Position numbers and translations under genes: made by a program
Notes under the pieces: generated by a model
What the model saw: the letters and a program-made list of their open reading frames with translations, nothing else
The model's database searches: none
Told to the model about the DNA's origin: nothing
Shown: positions 7,550-16,498 of the stretch, piece by piece
How the letters are laid out: each line of letters begins with the position of its first letter
How positions within the stretch are numbered: position 1 is the stretch's first letter
IMG/VR virus record: IMGVR_UViG_3300012952_000109
Span: 1-26,729 of that record
DNA length: 26,729 nt
Strand: one strand, 5' to 3'
From: a virus
Taxonomy: Duplodnaviria > Caudoviricetes

Positions 7550-8882
7550 CTGATAATTCACATAATACAGATAAAAGGTTCTCCATACGACCTAATTTTG
7601 TATTAAGTTTTTTATACACAACACCTTCCCAGGTGTCCCTTGCAGAGATTAATATAGTTTCGGTCTTTTTATCTTGACCGGCTCTATGTACTCTTCTATT
7701 AAATTGTTGAAACTGTTCCGCGTTATACGTAGGGCTGCACCATATGCATGTAGTTGCTTTTGTAAGTGTTAATCCATGACCTGCAGATTGCGGGTGTGCA
7801 AACAGTACTTTTATTTGACCAGCTTGAAATCTTTGTACAATACCTTGTCTTTTTTGGGGTGGTACATCTCCGTCTATAACGTCATAGCTAAACCCTCTTT
7901 TTTCTGCTAATTCTATTAAATGTTCTTTTTCGTGTTTCCAATTAAAAGCTACTAATGAGTGTTCTCTTTGTTCTAATAGATCCATTACTAAGTCGTATCG
8001 TTCTTGGTGTACAAACTGAGCTTTACCAGGTTGAGTGTAAACAGCGCCGGTTATAAGTTGTAATAGTTTTTTAACCCTAGCGCCTGCGTTTACTGCATTA
8101 ATGGTCCCTTGTTTTGTGTACAAGACAGATTCTTCAGATAACGTGTCGTAGTAATGTTTTATTTGTTTACTTAAGTTTGTATAGATTGTACGAGTAATAT
8201 TTTGTGGTAAGTCCATGCATTCTTCTAATGAGTGTCTTATAGTTATATCTCGTAATTTATCGGCTACTGCTTCTTCTGCACCAGGTTTATCTTTCCATTC
8301 ATTTGCGTAGCCGTTGAATACTGGTGTGCATACCTGACTTCTGAAAGAAAAGAATCTTCTACCTAATCTTTCTCCTTCATCAATTATATAAGAAGGGTGC
8401 CATATATCTAATATAGTATTACTATTAGGAGTACCTGACATTGCTATTCTATATTCAAAATTATGAGCAATATTTGCCATTGCTTTTGATCGTTTAGCAG
8501 TTCTATTTTTAAATGCTGTAAACTCATCTATACATATAGTATTAAAGTCATCTAATAAATGTTGGTTATTGACTAAAAAGTTTACAGCTTCAAAATTAGT
8601 TATAACTATATCGTTGTCCCCTTCAAATACTTTTGCTCTATTTTTAGCATAAGCTATATCGTATTTAATACTGGGTTGGAATTTCTTAATATCATCTCCC
8701 CAAGCTGCTTCTAGTATAGATAAAGGTGCTAATACCAGCATTTTTCCCCCTCTTTGTACAAAAGCATCGAGCACAGCTCTAGTCTTACCAGTACCTGGGT
8801 CCGATGTAATTAAGCATTTAGGGGAATTTAGAATAAAGTTGGTAGTTTCTTTTTGATGAGCATAAGCTTCTGGAATATTCAT
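7470..8882 (-). CDS. SNF2-family (SF2) helicase
   Basis: Q motif (YAHQ), DPGTGKT Walker A, IDEF Walker B, SGTP motif III, SAGHGLTL motif V, QFNRRVHRAGQ motif VI. Confidence 0.95.
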   Translation of the reverse strand: MNIPEAYAHQKETTNFILNSPKCLITSDPGTGKTRAVLDAFVQRGGKMLVLAPLSILEAAWGDDIKKFQPSIKYDIAYAKNRAKVFEGDNDIVITNFEAVNFLVNNQHLLDDFNTICIDEFTAFKNRTAKRSKAMANIAHNFEYRIAMSGTPNSNTILDIWHPSYIIDEGERLGRRFFSFRSQVCTPVFNGYANEWKDKPGAEEAVADKLRDITIRHSLEECMDLPQNITRTIYTNLSKQIKHYYDTLSEESVLYTKQGTINAVNAGARVKKLLQLITGAVYTQPGKAQFVHQERYDLVMDLLEQREHSLVAFNWKHEKEHLIELAEKRGFSYDVIDGDVPPQKRQGIVQRFQAGQIKVLFAHPQSAGHGLTLTKATTCIWCSPTYNAEQFQQFNRRVHRAGQDKKTETILISARDTWEGVVYKKLNTKLGRMENLLSVLCELSDEKNATRQDISGDGYRRQSAISQPVS

Positions 8883-8916
8883 ATTTAGTATTTAGTATTT
8901 ATTATTTAGTATTTAT
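8882..8916. repeat. five tandem heptamers TATTTA(G/T)
   Basis: tatttag tatttag tatttat tatttag tatttat directly upstream of the helicase start. Confidence 0.85.
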
Positions 8917-8920
8917 ATTT

Positions 8921-8949
8921 ATTTTAGCATAAAAATAGGTATTTATCTA
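8921..8949 (-). promoter_or_regulatory. candidate sigma70 promoter for the helicase operon
   Basis: Minus strand TAGATA, 17-bp spacer ending TGC, TAAAAT (extended -10). Confidence 0.5.
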
Positions 8950-9702
8950 TTTTATGCCCCATTCACACATAGGATGGTCTCCTTTTTTATAAGAGCACCA
9001 TTTACAAGAGTATGAACTAGGGTTAGGAGGAAATTTAACAGCACTAGTCATAGTAAGGGCTCTTTGATTTAAACTAGGCATAAAAGTCATAGCCTCATCT
9101 CTAGTATAAGCCTGAAGAGTTGTTTCTCCTTGGTCTAGATACCACAGTTCTGTTTGCACATGTTCCAAATGAGGGTATCTAAAGAAGCTTCCTATAGCAT
9201 AAGTAAGAGCTTGTTGGCCATGTGCTATTTCATTACCAAACATTTTACCTGTTTTATAATCAATTACTCTTGCTGAGGTTTCTGTTTCATGGACAATAGC
9301 ATCTAATTTAATTCTAGCCCATACATCTTTAGCCATCCAATCACAGGCTTCCCAATCTATAGTGAACCCCCATTCTCCTTCTAGTTCTACTTTAGCTTCT
9401 ATATATAGCTTTTTAAGTACTTCAAATTGGGACTCGAATTTTTTTAAAGAAGCAGGGAACCCTTTACTTGTACCTTGTACGTAGTGTTCAGCCTCTTCAT
9501 GGATCTTAGTTCCACGAGTAGCTGCAGGTCCGTAGTCTTCTTGTACTTTTTTAACCTTAGCTATATATACCCTGTAAGGGCAAGTTTCGTATGTTTTTAA
9601 TGAGGAGTAGGACCAAGCTGGTATTAAACCAAGTTCTCCCTTTTTAGAGCTATTTTGCTCTAAGTTGTCCAAATCTGGACGTACATCCTGTGTCATTTCC
9701 AT
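8947..9702 (-). CDS. PD-(D/E)XK nuclease (RecB/Cas4-like exonuclease)
   Basis: WSYSSL..Y..CP, RGT.IH, KLD...IDYKTG, Q...Y, C-terminal CKWC...C cluster. Confidence 0.92.
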   Translation of the reverse strand: MEMTQDVRPDLDNLEQNSSKKGELGLIPAWSYSSLKTYETCPYRVYIAKVKKVQEDYGPAATRGTKIHEEAEHYVQGTSKGFPASLKKFESQFEVLKKLYIEAKVELEGEWGFTIDWEACDWMAKDVWARIKLDAIVHETETSARVIDYKTGKMFGNEIAHGQQALTYAIGSFFRYPHLEHVQTELWYLDQGETTLQAYTRDEAMTFMPSLNQRALTMTSAVKFPPNPSSYSCKWCSYKKGDHPMCEWGIK

Positions 9703-9716
9703 GGTTATATACCCTT

Positions 9717-12173
9717 TTACATCAGTGCAACTTTATCTTTTTGATCGAAATGTTGGTCTATTAAAGCATGTTTTTGTTCATCTGATAAGTACCAAGTTAA
9801 AATAACTCCTCTAGGAGCAGAAGATGATTTATCAGCGCCTACTCTTTTTCTTCCTGTATTTACATTATATCTAGACATAGATTTAGAAAAGTCTCTAGCA
9901 GATAATTTATTTCTGCTGTCAGTTAGTACGTCGTACACTAGTTTAAAATGTTGCATTGGTATAACCATTTCTGTACCAGCTTTAGAGATCCAATCTTTTA
10001 CATAACGTTGTGCAATTGATATGCTGCCAGCATCAAAAGTGTTAGCAAGTGGTATATCTAATACTTCAGAGAAATATACTAGGTTTTGATTTTTTATAGC
10101 AGTAGCAAATTCTTCTAATACTGACATACTTATTTGCCTCATCTCTGTTTTAGCTGAATTTTCTAGAACTGTATGTGCCATTCTTGCATCTACTGCAAAT
10201 GTTTTAAGAGATCCGGCAAAGTTGTACAACTCAGAACGTAATGTAGATATATTATTTATAACTTCTGGGTGTACATTCTCTAACCTGCGTTCTTGACGTG
10301 GTGAAACATTATACCGTCTGTCACCTTCTTCTATACGTACTGCATCGGCTCTATTTGTAAGGAATATAAAATTACAAAAACTCGGAAGTTCTATCTGATT
10401 GCTGCGCATTGCACGTATTGTAAGAGTAGGTTCTGTTATTTGATGTTTTAATTTATCTGCCATACGACCTATGTTACCTGAGTCACCCATTCTAAATTCA
10501 TCTACAATTAAGAAGAGCGCTGTACGCATGTACAAATTAAATTGTTCTTCTATATTTTCTAGGGACCTCATAGGTACTTGTTGTTCCCCGAATAGCGGCT
10601 TTAAAACTTTTTGTACAAGTACGCCCTTACCAGTCCCTGGAACACCAGTGAATATCCAAGCTGTCATAGCTTTCTGTTTTTCTTGGTATATATAAGCTAA
10701 CCAATTAATAAAGTGTTCAAATTCAGTTTCTCCGTCCCCAAGTACATGTTTTATAAGCTTAGTAATAGTGGGGCAAGAAAACTCAAGTTTAGAGAAGGCC
10801 TCACCATAGGGTATTTCTTCGTTTTCGCTTGCTTTGATCATATATTGCGTTCTACGGTACATATTTACAAAGTAAGGTGCCTTTTCTAAATTAACTCCTT
10901 CTTCAGCTGAAGGGTCAAACACAACTCTAGCGTCTGGTACAAAGTCAGGCATCGGTCCATTATGGGATCTCATGAATCCTTCTAAACTAGTTTTATTAGT
11001 TGGAGTTAATGGGAACTCATCTGTAAACTGTTTTTTATTTTTATCGTAAAGTCCGTTGTAATATGTGTCAGTAAAGAAGTCTCTTAATATAATAGGTTTA
11101 GCAGGAGTATCATCTTTTAATAATTCTTCAAATACATACCTATAGAACTCTGGGTCTGCTTTTTCTATTTCCCATATAGGTTCTCCTTTAAAGTTATACA
11201 TATAATAAGGATTAGTGAGCAAGAAATAGTAACCCCCACTATCCCCACCATTTATATTACAATTAACATACGGCTCAGAGATTCTACTAATTTGTATAGT
11301 CATCTTATCTGGGTTTTGTAAAAGTTCTACAAACTCATCTTGGATGGTTATATTTGTAGTTTTTGCTACTTTTTTCCTGAGCCCACTTTTTGTACGTAAG
11401 TTATCTTTAATTTTTGTTTCTAAAGTATGAACTTTTTCACGATTAACATCGGATAATAAAGAACCTAAATCAACTGTCGGTGAACCACGGTCTATTCGTA
11501 CAATCCTAGAGCTGGAGACCGGGTCTTGTACGTTAGTAAACTTTGGAGCAGCAATATAGATCAATTTTGAATTGTCTGCTACAGAAGTATCCAATGGGTA
11601 ACAAAGCGAGTGTCCGTTTGACGACAAAGTTAATTGATCGGCTAATATATCAATTTCATAATTAAGTGTTTTTAACCAATTTTTAAGAGCTCTTGGATAT
11701 ACTGAATTTTTTAGTATGAAAAATATATGTAAAGATATTTTATTACCTTTTAAACCTAAACTAGCGCTAGCTTGTGCTATATAAGAAGAATCATTAAATT
11801 CTGGTGGTAATAAAGCAACAAATTGCTCAGCTATATTATGTATATCATGTTCGTTTATTGAACCTCTAAGATTAACTCCTGGTAATTCTATGCCGTCTAA
11901 ATCAAATACGAGTAAGTCTGTTACTGCGTTACGGTCGGCCATACCTGCACGAGATTGATTTTTTATTTTCTTTAATAATCTGCCTTTGTGCAAACAGGCA
12001 CCCCTGGAGGCTTGTTCTGTAAGCAAATGTTCAAAATCCTGAAGACCCTCAGGTGTTTTTTCTATCGTATAATGATGTGATGTAAAGCTTTTAGCTAATG
12101 GGTAAGGTGTTGTACCTTCTTGTGAAATCTCTTTTACAAGCGCTTCTTTGGCACTTAAAAAAATTACTTCCAT
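9717..12173 (-). CDS. DNA primase-helicase (prim-pol-like N-terminus, SF3/DUF5906-type helicase C-terminus)
   Basis: VFDLDG and SLHIFF motifs; GVPGTGKG Walker A, IVDE Walker B, FLTN motif C, DRRY arginine finger. Confidence 0.9.
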   Translation of the reverse strand: MEVIFLSAKEALVKEISQEGTTPYPLAKSFTSHHYTIEKTPEGLQDFEHLLTEQASRGACLHKGRLLKKIKNQSRAGMADRNAVTDLLVFDLDGIELPGVNLRGSINEHDIHNIAEQFVALLPPEFNDSSYIAQASASLGLKGNKISLHIFFILKNSVYPRALKNWLKTLNYEIDILADQLTLSSNGHSLCYPLDTSVADNSKLIYIAAPKFTNVQDPVSSSRIVRIDRGSPTVDLGSLLSDVNREKVHTLETKIKDNLRTKSGLRKKVAKTTNITIQDEFVELLQNPDKMTIQISRISEPYVNCNINGGDSGGYYFLLTNPYYMYNFKGEPIWEIEKADPEFYRYVFEELLKDDTPAKPIILRDFFTDTYYNGLYDKNKKQFTDEFPLTPTNKTSLEGFMRSHNGPMPDFVPDARVVFDPSAEEGVNLEKAPYFVNMYRRTQYMIKASENEEIPYGEAFSKLEFSCPTITKLIKHVLGDGETEFEHFINWLAYIYQEKQKAMTAWIFTGVPGTGKGVLVQKVLKPLFGEQQVPMRSLENIEEQFNLYMRTALFLIVDEFRMGDSGNIGRMADKLKHQITEPTLTIRAMRSNQIELPSFCNFIFLTNRADAVRIEEGDRRYNVSPRQERRLENVHPEVINNISTLRSELYNFAGSLKTFAVDARMAHTVLENSAKTEMRQISMSVLEEFATAIKNQNLVYFSEVLDIPLANTFDAGSISIAQRYVKDWISKAGTEMVIPMQHFKLVYDVLTDSRNKLSARDFSKSMSRYNVNTGRKRVGADKSSSAPRGVILTWYLSDEQKHALIDQHFDQKDKVALM

Positions 12174-12197
12174 ATATCTCTCTCCTCATGAAGTATG

Positions 12198-12371
12198 TTA
12201 TCTAATTTTATACACTTCTTCTCTATCAATTTTTATATTATTGTCCGCTTCGAAACCTAATTTGACTTGTTTAGGACCTAGGGAAGTAACAACAATTTTA
12301 GCTATTATTCCTCGGTCGTCATATATTACTACAGACTCCTTCTTTCTTCGAGTTAAAATCAAATTATTCAT
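12198..12371 (-). CDS. csrA: carbon storage regulator CsrA/RsmA homologue (57 aa; absent from the ORF track)
   Basis: Manual translation MNNLILTRRKKESVVIYDDRGIIAKIVVTSLGPKQVKLGFEADNNIKIDREEVYKIR matches CsrA (LILTRR..E...I...V.V......QV.LG..A.....REE.Y); ATGA overlap with the polymerase stop. Confidence 0.92.
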   Translation of the reverse strand: MNNLILTRRKKESVVIYDDRGIIAKIVVTSLGPKQVKLGFEADNNIKIDREEVYKIR

Positions 12372-14155
12372 TTGTCATATCTATTACTATAACCACCTTC
12401 TGCGGCTAATGGTATATCTGAACACCATTCTGGTGCTGTAGTCATTATACCTAACATACGACTTAATTCACTATCGGGATCGGAAGATTCTTTACAAGTT
12501 ATAATCTCATCATGTACTTGCAGTACAACATTATCTAACTGCAGCATTGCATCGGTTATAACTATACGAGCAAGAGCCTGAATTATATTTTCTGTAAGTT
12601 TTGGGCCATAGATTCTTTCTACTCTTTTAAATGAGTTGTACACAAAGCCCTGATTACTTGGAGTGTATGTTAAGCCGGGATAACTTAAGAACATTCCATT
12701 AGGTAATTTCAATGCATTATGTTCTATGGTCAACGGTCCGTAGCCTGACCCCCATTGGTATTGGTCCCCCATAGAAAATAATATTTGTTTACACATTCTC
12801 CATAGATTTCCTATGTTGGGGTAAGATGTACGATATATCTCTACAATGGCACGCGCTGTACTTTCTGTTACATCTACAGATGGAGATCCGGTTTTAAGAG
12901 TAAATTTAAACCTTTCCCAACCCATACCATACCCAAGTCCTAATATTGCTGTTTTTCCTACATAACGTTCAAGTTTGTCATCTTTAGTTATCTGTCGGCC
13001 ATAAATTTCGGATGCAAACTCACTATAAACGTCTCTACCTTCGGTAAAAGCATCAATTAAATCGGCTTCTTTTGCTAACCAAGCTAGCATTCGTGCCTCT
13101 ATATTTGATAAATCTCCAATAAATAACCATTTGGACGGCGGGCTACACAGCGAAGTACGTAAAGCAGAGCCCCTAGGTAGGTTTTGTAAATTTAATTTTT
13201 CTGTACCACCAAATCTGCCAGTATGTGCTGCATAGTATCTTAGGGGGACACTGAAGGTGCCATCTTTATTTACAGAGTTCATAAACCTTTCGGCCCTAGT
13301 TTCTTCTATTCGGCTTTTTACAGCTTGTCGCGCCTCCCATATATGTTTGTACTCGGGGTGGCTATTACACATTTGTTGATATGCAGGATCATTTTTGCTA
13401 AATGCAGGTATCATTTCTCCGGTAGAGGGAGATTTTTTAGTAGGTATTACAACATTGAGTTCCTGGAGATGTTCACTGAACTTATTATTACTTGCTAATA
13501 TCTCTCTAGTTACACCTGAATTTTTTATTTTTTCTGCGACATCTTCAGCATATTTTGTACGATGTTGTTCAAGTAGCTGGAGATCTAATACTAATTTAGG
13601 TTCAACAAACATACGAGTAGTTAAATCAATTAAATCTAATTCTTCTTGTGGGTATTGAGTTTCTAAAACATTAAAAATATCTTTGGTTAGAATTACGTCT
13701 TGTTTGCAATATTTCATTATTTCATCTTCTAAACTAGGAGGTAAATCTCGTATACCTTTAGCATTAACTAGTTCATCTCCTTTACGCATAGTAGGATCAT
13801 TTGGAAATAGTCGTTCACATACGTTCTTCAGGCTGGCGCTTTGTCCGGGGTACAAACCTCTACTCATAGCTGCTGTATCATAATAGTAAGCAGGTCTACA
13901 TTTATAATGTTGAGTTAATATATAAGCATCAAATAAAGTGTTGTGGCAAAGCAAAGCTATATTATTCCAATCTAAAGTTGAAAAGTATTCTTCTATTTCA
14001 TCGGTTGAATACCAATCGGATAACCCTTCATCTAATTTAACTCCTACTCCCCATACTTTAAAATCCTCGTGGTTAACGTATTCCATAGTTGTCATTTTTG
14101 TTAACGAATATTTAGTGTCATAATAGGTTTCAAAATCTAAAGTTAATATTTTCAT
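12368..14155 (-). CDS. polA: family A DNA polymerase with 3'-5' exonuclease domain
   Basis: Exo I DFETYY; HTGRFGG...NLQNLPR; motif A DLSNIEAR; motif B RYVGKTAILGLGYG; motif C VHDE. Confidence 0.96.
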   Translation of the reverse strand: MKILTLDFETYYDTKYSLTKMTTMEYVNHEDFKVWGVGVKLDEGLSDWYSTDEIEEYFSTLDWNNIALLCHNTLFDAYILTQHYKCRPAYYYDTAAMSRGLYPGQSASLKNVCERLFPNDPTMRKGDELVNAKGIRDLPPSLEDEIMKYCKQDVILTKDIFNVLETQYPQEELDLIDLTTRMFVEPKLVLDLQLLEQHRTKYAEDVAEKIKNSGVTREILASNNKFSEHLQELNVVIPTKKSPSTGEMIPAFSKNDPAYQQMCNSHPEYKHIWEARQAVKSRIEETRAERFMNSVNKDGTFSVPLRYYAAHTGRFGGTEKLNLQNLPRGSALRTSLCSPPSKWLFIGDLSNIEARMLAWLAKEADLIDAFTEGRDVYSEFASEIYGRQITKDDKLERYVGKTAILGLGYGMGWERFKFTLKTGSPSVDVTESTARAIVEIYRTSYPNIGNLWRMCKQILFSMGDQYQWGSGYGPLTIEHNALKLPNGMFLSYPGLTYTPSNQGFVYNSFKRVERIYGPKLTENIIQALARIVITDAMLQLDNVVLQVHDEIITCKESSDPDSELSRMLGIMTTAPEWCSDIPLAAEGGYSNRYDK

Positions 14156-14370
14156 CGGTTGTCCTCTATTATTTTAAAAGAACTTAATTTAATTATTTTG
14201 TCCCAATTCATACGAGATATCCTTTTAGCATTTTTATGAGCTTTAGCTGATTCACGAATACGTACCCATTTTCTACCTATATGTAATACGTCAAAATATC
14301 TTTGACCACTAGCTACCCCATGTATTTGATAGCTGTGGGCAAAGGTTACTTTTAGTAATCTTTCTTTCAT
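14152..14370 (-). CDS. hypothetical protein
   Basis: 72-aa ORF, AAGGAG RBS, ATGA overlap with the polymerase start. Confidence 0.75.
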   Translation of the reverse strand: MKERLLKVTFAHSYQIHGVASGQRYFDVLHIGRKWVRIRESAKAHKNAKRISRMNWDKIIKLSSFKIIEDNR

Positions 14371-14517
14371 GTATTCTCCTTAATATTTTATGTATACTCT
14401 TTTATGGACCCGTCTGCGGCCCAGCAGCGTGTACAAAGTTGTACAAATTACTAATACTGCAGACAGCTTTTGTACTCAATTGTACATTCAGTGTTTGAGC
14501 TAAGTATTTGATTTTGT

Positions 14518-14763
14518 TCAAGTTATTCTTCTAGCGTTATCTATTAGAAATTTTTCAAATCTTTTTATTAAAGATTCTTTAGTAATGTCGGCGTATTCCC
14601 AACTTTTTTTATGGGTAGTTGAATTTATAATCCATTTATTACCATTATTAAAATGGTAGATTACATATCCATTTTCACCAATAACATGCTTTACTCGTTC
14701 TCCCCATTCTTCGGCGGCTAACTCAAGCTGTCGTTTTTTTATTACGTCTGTATACTGTGTCAT
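14518..14763 (-). CDS. hypothetical protein
   Basis: 81-aa ORF, TAATG coupling, GAGG RBS. Confidence 0.75.
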   Translation of the reverse strand: MTQYTDVIKKRQLELAAEEWGERVKHVIGENGYVIYHFNNGNKWIINSTTHKKSWEYADITKESLIKRFEKFLIDNARRIT

Positions 14764-15074
14764 TAATATTCCTCTGGTGGTACATTATTATCTTTGTTAT
14801 CTAACCACCTTAATAGTTCACAAAAATTTGTATTTTTATCTTCGGTTAATATTTCGGATAATTCTTGCACTAATTCATTTCTACATTCAGCCCTGTGTAC
14901 AGCTTCTTTAGCCTGAGGGTTTATTTGTAAGTTAGATAATTCATTAGTTATACCTTTAACTAACATTTTAGTTTGTACAAGTTCCGGGTATAGATCTATA
15001 ATTTGTACAGCTTTATCCACTGTGTCTCCATACCTTTCTTCTAAATCCATGTAATATTCTTTTACTTTCCCCAT
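14763..15074 (-). CDS. hypothetical protein
   Basis: ORF 14763..15104; MGKVKEYY start at 15074 has AAGGA upstream. Confidence 0.7.
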   Translation of the reverse strand: MGKVKEYYMDLEERYGDTVDKAVQIIDLYPELVQTKMLVKGITNELSNLQINPQAKEAVHRAECRNELVQELSEILTEDKNTNFCELLRWLDNKDNNVPPEEY

Positions 15075-15100
15075 AAGTTTTTTCCTTCTTAAAAAACGCA

Positions 15101-15289
15101 TCACCTTTTACGGCTCGTGGCTTTTAACCACTCTTCGTATTCACCTTTTTTTGCACGCTCCCACCCAATATCTTTTCGGTGACACATGTTAAAGGCTGTA
15201 GCCATAGGAACTCTTTTAAACTCTACGTTTCTAGGATTCTTATAGTTATAACGAATTTTGCTACGTTTAACGTAGACATGAGTAGACAA
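15101..15289 (-). CDS. hypothetical protein
   Basis: 62 aa, TTG start with GGAG RBS. Confidence 0.7.
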   Translation of the reverse strand: MSTHVYVKRSKIRYNYKNPRNVEFKRVPMATAFNMCHRKDIGWERAKKGEYEEWLKATSRKR

Positions 15290-15308
15290 TTTATATTCTC
15301 CATAATAG

Positions 15309-15336
15309 TTGACATATGCTAAAAAGGCATTATGTT
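15309..15336 (+). promoter_or_regulatory. candidate sigma70 promoter for the isolated plus-strand gene
   Basis: TTGACA (15309-15314), 16-bp spacer, TATGTT (15331-15336). Confidence 0.5.
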
Positions 15337-15386
15337 AAATATTTGTACATAAGTACATTTGTTTAATTATATTATAAGGAATAAAA

Positions 15387-15797
15387 ATGGCTACATTTAC
15401 TTCTGATCAAGTCGATGGAAATCAGGTTTTCAAACCTTTTCCAGACGGCAATATGGGCGTAAGATACGCTAAATACACTGTGGCTGCAGCACCTAATGCT
15501 AATGATGTTTACCAAATGGTAGACGTATTTGCTGGTGAGACAGTTCATGATGTAAAAATCAAATCTAGTGACCTAGACGGCGGAACGGCTCTTGTTTATG
15601 GTGTTGGTGATGGCGGAGATACTGATAAGTATATCGCTGCTTCAACATGTGGACAGGGCGGTACAGCTGACGAAATGGATGCTGACGTTGCTCCTGTTGC
15701 TTACACTTCTGATGACACTATTGACATCATTTGTGAAGTTGCTCCAGGTACTGACGTTGCAACTGGTACTCTAGAAATGTGGGTTTACGTATCATAA
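15387..15797 (+). CDS. putative virion structural protein (capsid cement/decoration-like beta-sandwich)
   Basis: 136 aa, acidic, Gly/Ala/Thr/Val-rich with 'D.D.GT.L..GVGD..D.D.YI' and terminal 'TGTL...VY'; resembles podovirus minor capsid proteins; AAGGA RBS. Confidence 0.6.
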   Translation: MATFTSDQVDGNQVFKPFPDGNMGVRYAKYTVAAAPNANDVYQMVDVFAGETVHDVKIKSSDLDGGTALVYGVGDGGDTDKYIAASTCGQGGTADEMDADVAPVAYTSDDTIDIICEVAPGTDVATGTLEMWVYVS

Positions 15798-15815
15798 GAT
15801 CTCTCTCCGAGAACT

Positions 15816-15850
15816 AAGAGGGGGTCTAACCCCTATAAGGTCCCCTCTTT
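15816..15850. terminator. hairpin/terminator between convergent genes
   Basis: AAGAGGGG (15816-15823) pairs with CCCCTCTT (15842-15849). Confidence 0.65.
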
Positions 15851-16202
15851 ACTGCTCAATACTGTAATACACAGTTAATTCTTCTCCTTTTTTTATAGGT
15901 TTTATAGACATTAATGTGTAAGTTGATTCTTTAATTTCTGGTTCTTGTTCACAAGAGTGCCAATCGTCTCCAGGTTGTTGTGGTATAACAACACAATTAG
16001 GTGTATTTGAATGATTAATGAAACCACCTAAAGGTGTACGTGTATATGGCAAAGTATCATTAACATTTTTTAGATGTGTTATACCAAAGATATAATGAAT
16101 TTTTATATCTTTTGTTGCATGTAAACCTAATCCTTCTAATTTAGACTTTTTAATAGTCACGTTATTGGGCAACGGTCTATAGTTAAATTTTATTTTTTTC
16201 AT
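15849..16202 (-). CDS. SET-domain protein (putative lysine methyltransferase)
   Basis: S...GLGL.AT.DI; GGFINHS..PNC; I..GEELTV.Y SET signatures. Confidence 0.92.
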   Translation of the reverse strand: MKKIKFNYRPLPNNVTIKKSKLEGLGLHATKDIKIHYIFGITHLKNVNDTLPYTRTPLGGFINHSNTPNCVVIPQQPGDDWHSCEQEPEIKESTYTLMSIKPIKKGEELTVYYSIEQ

Positions 16203-16474
16203 TAGTGTAAAGTTCCTTCATTTTCGTCTTCATCTTCAGAAAGATCATCTTGTCCAGTATTATGCGCATATGCAGCGCTCATACAACTACCTATTAGACC
16301 TAAAACTTCTTGTTTATCAGGGGCTGCATCTAAAACATAATCAAGTATTACAGTTAATGATGCATGTAATACTAAACTAGGTTTTATGCCTTGTTCACTA
16401 CAATCTTTTAGTGCACTTTGTATTGCATCACATACATACTCATGATTGTCTTCTAATTTTTTATCTTCACTCAT
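16202..16474 (-). CDS. hypothetical acidic protein
   Basis: 90 aa, AGGA RBS, TAATG coupling to the SET gene; starts about 25 nt downstream of the array. Confidence 0.75.
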   Translation of the reverse strand: MSEDKKLEDNHEYVCDAIQSALKDCSEQGIKPSLVLHASLTVILDYVLDAAPDKQEVLGLIGSCMSAAYAHNTGQDDLSEDEDENEGTLH

Positions 16475-16498
16475 AATATTTTCCTGTTATTTTTCCGT

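Noticed and set aside
8947-9702. Cas4-like nuclease as the adaptation enzyme of the array
   Set aside because: It lies about 7 kb away inside the replication module, where such PD-(D/E)XK nucleases are routine in phages.
12148-12441. 97-aa plus-strand ORF
   Set aside because: Antisense to csrA and the ends of the polymerase and primase genes, which have clear motifs.
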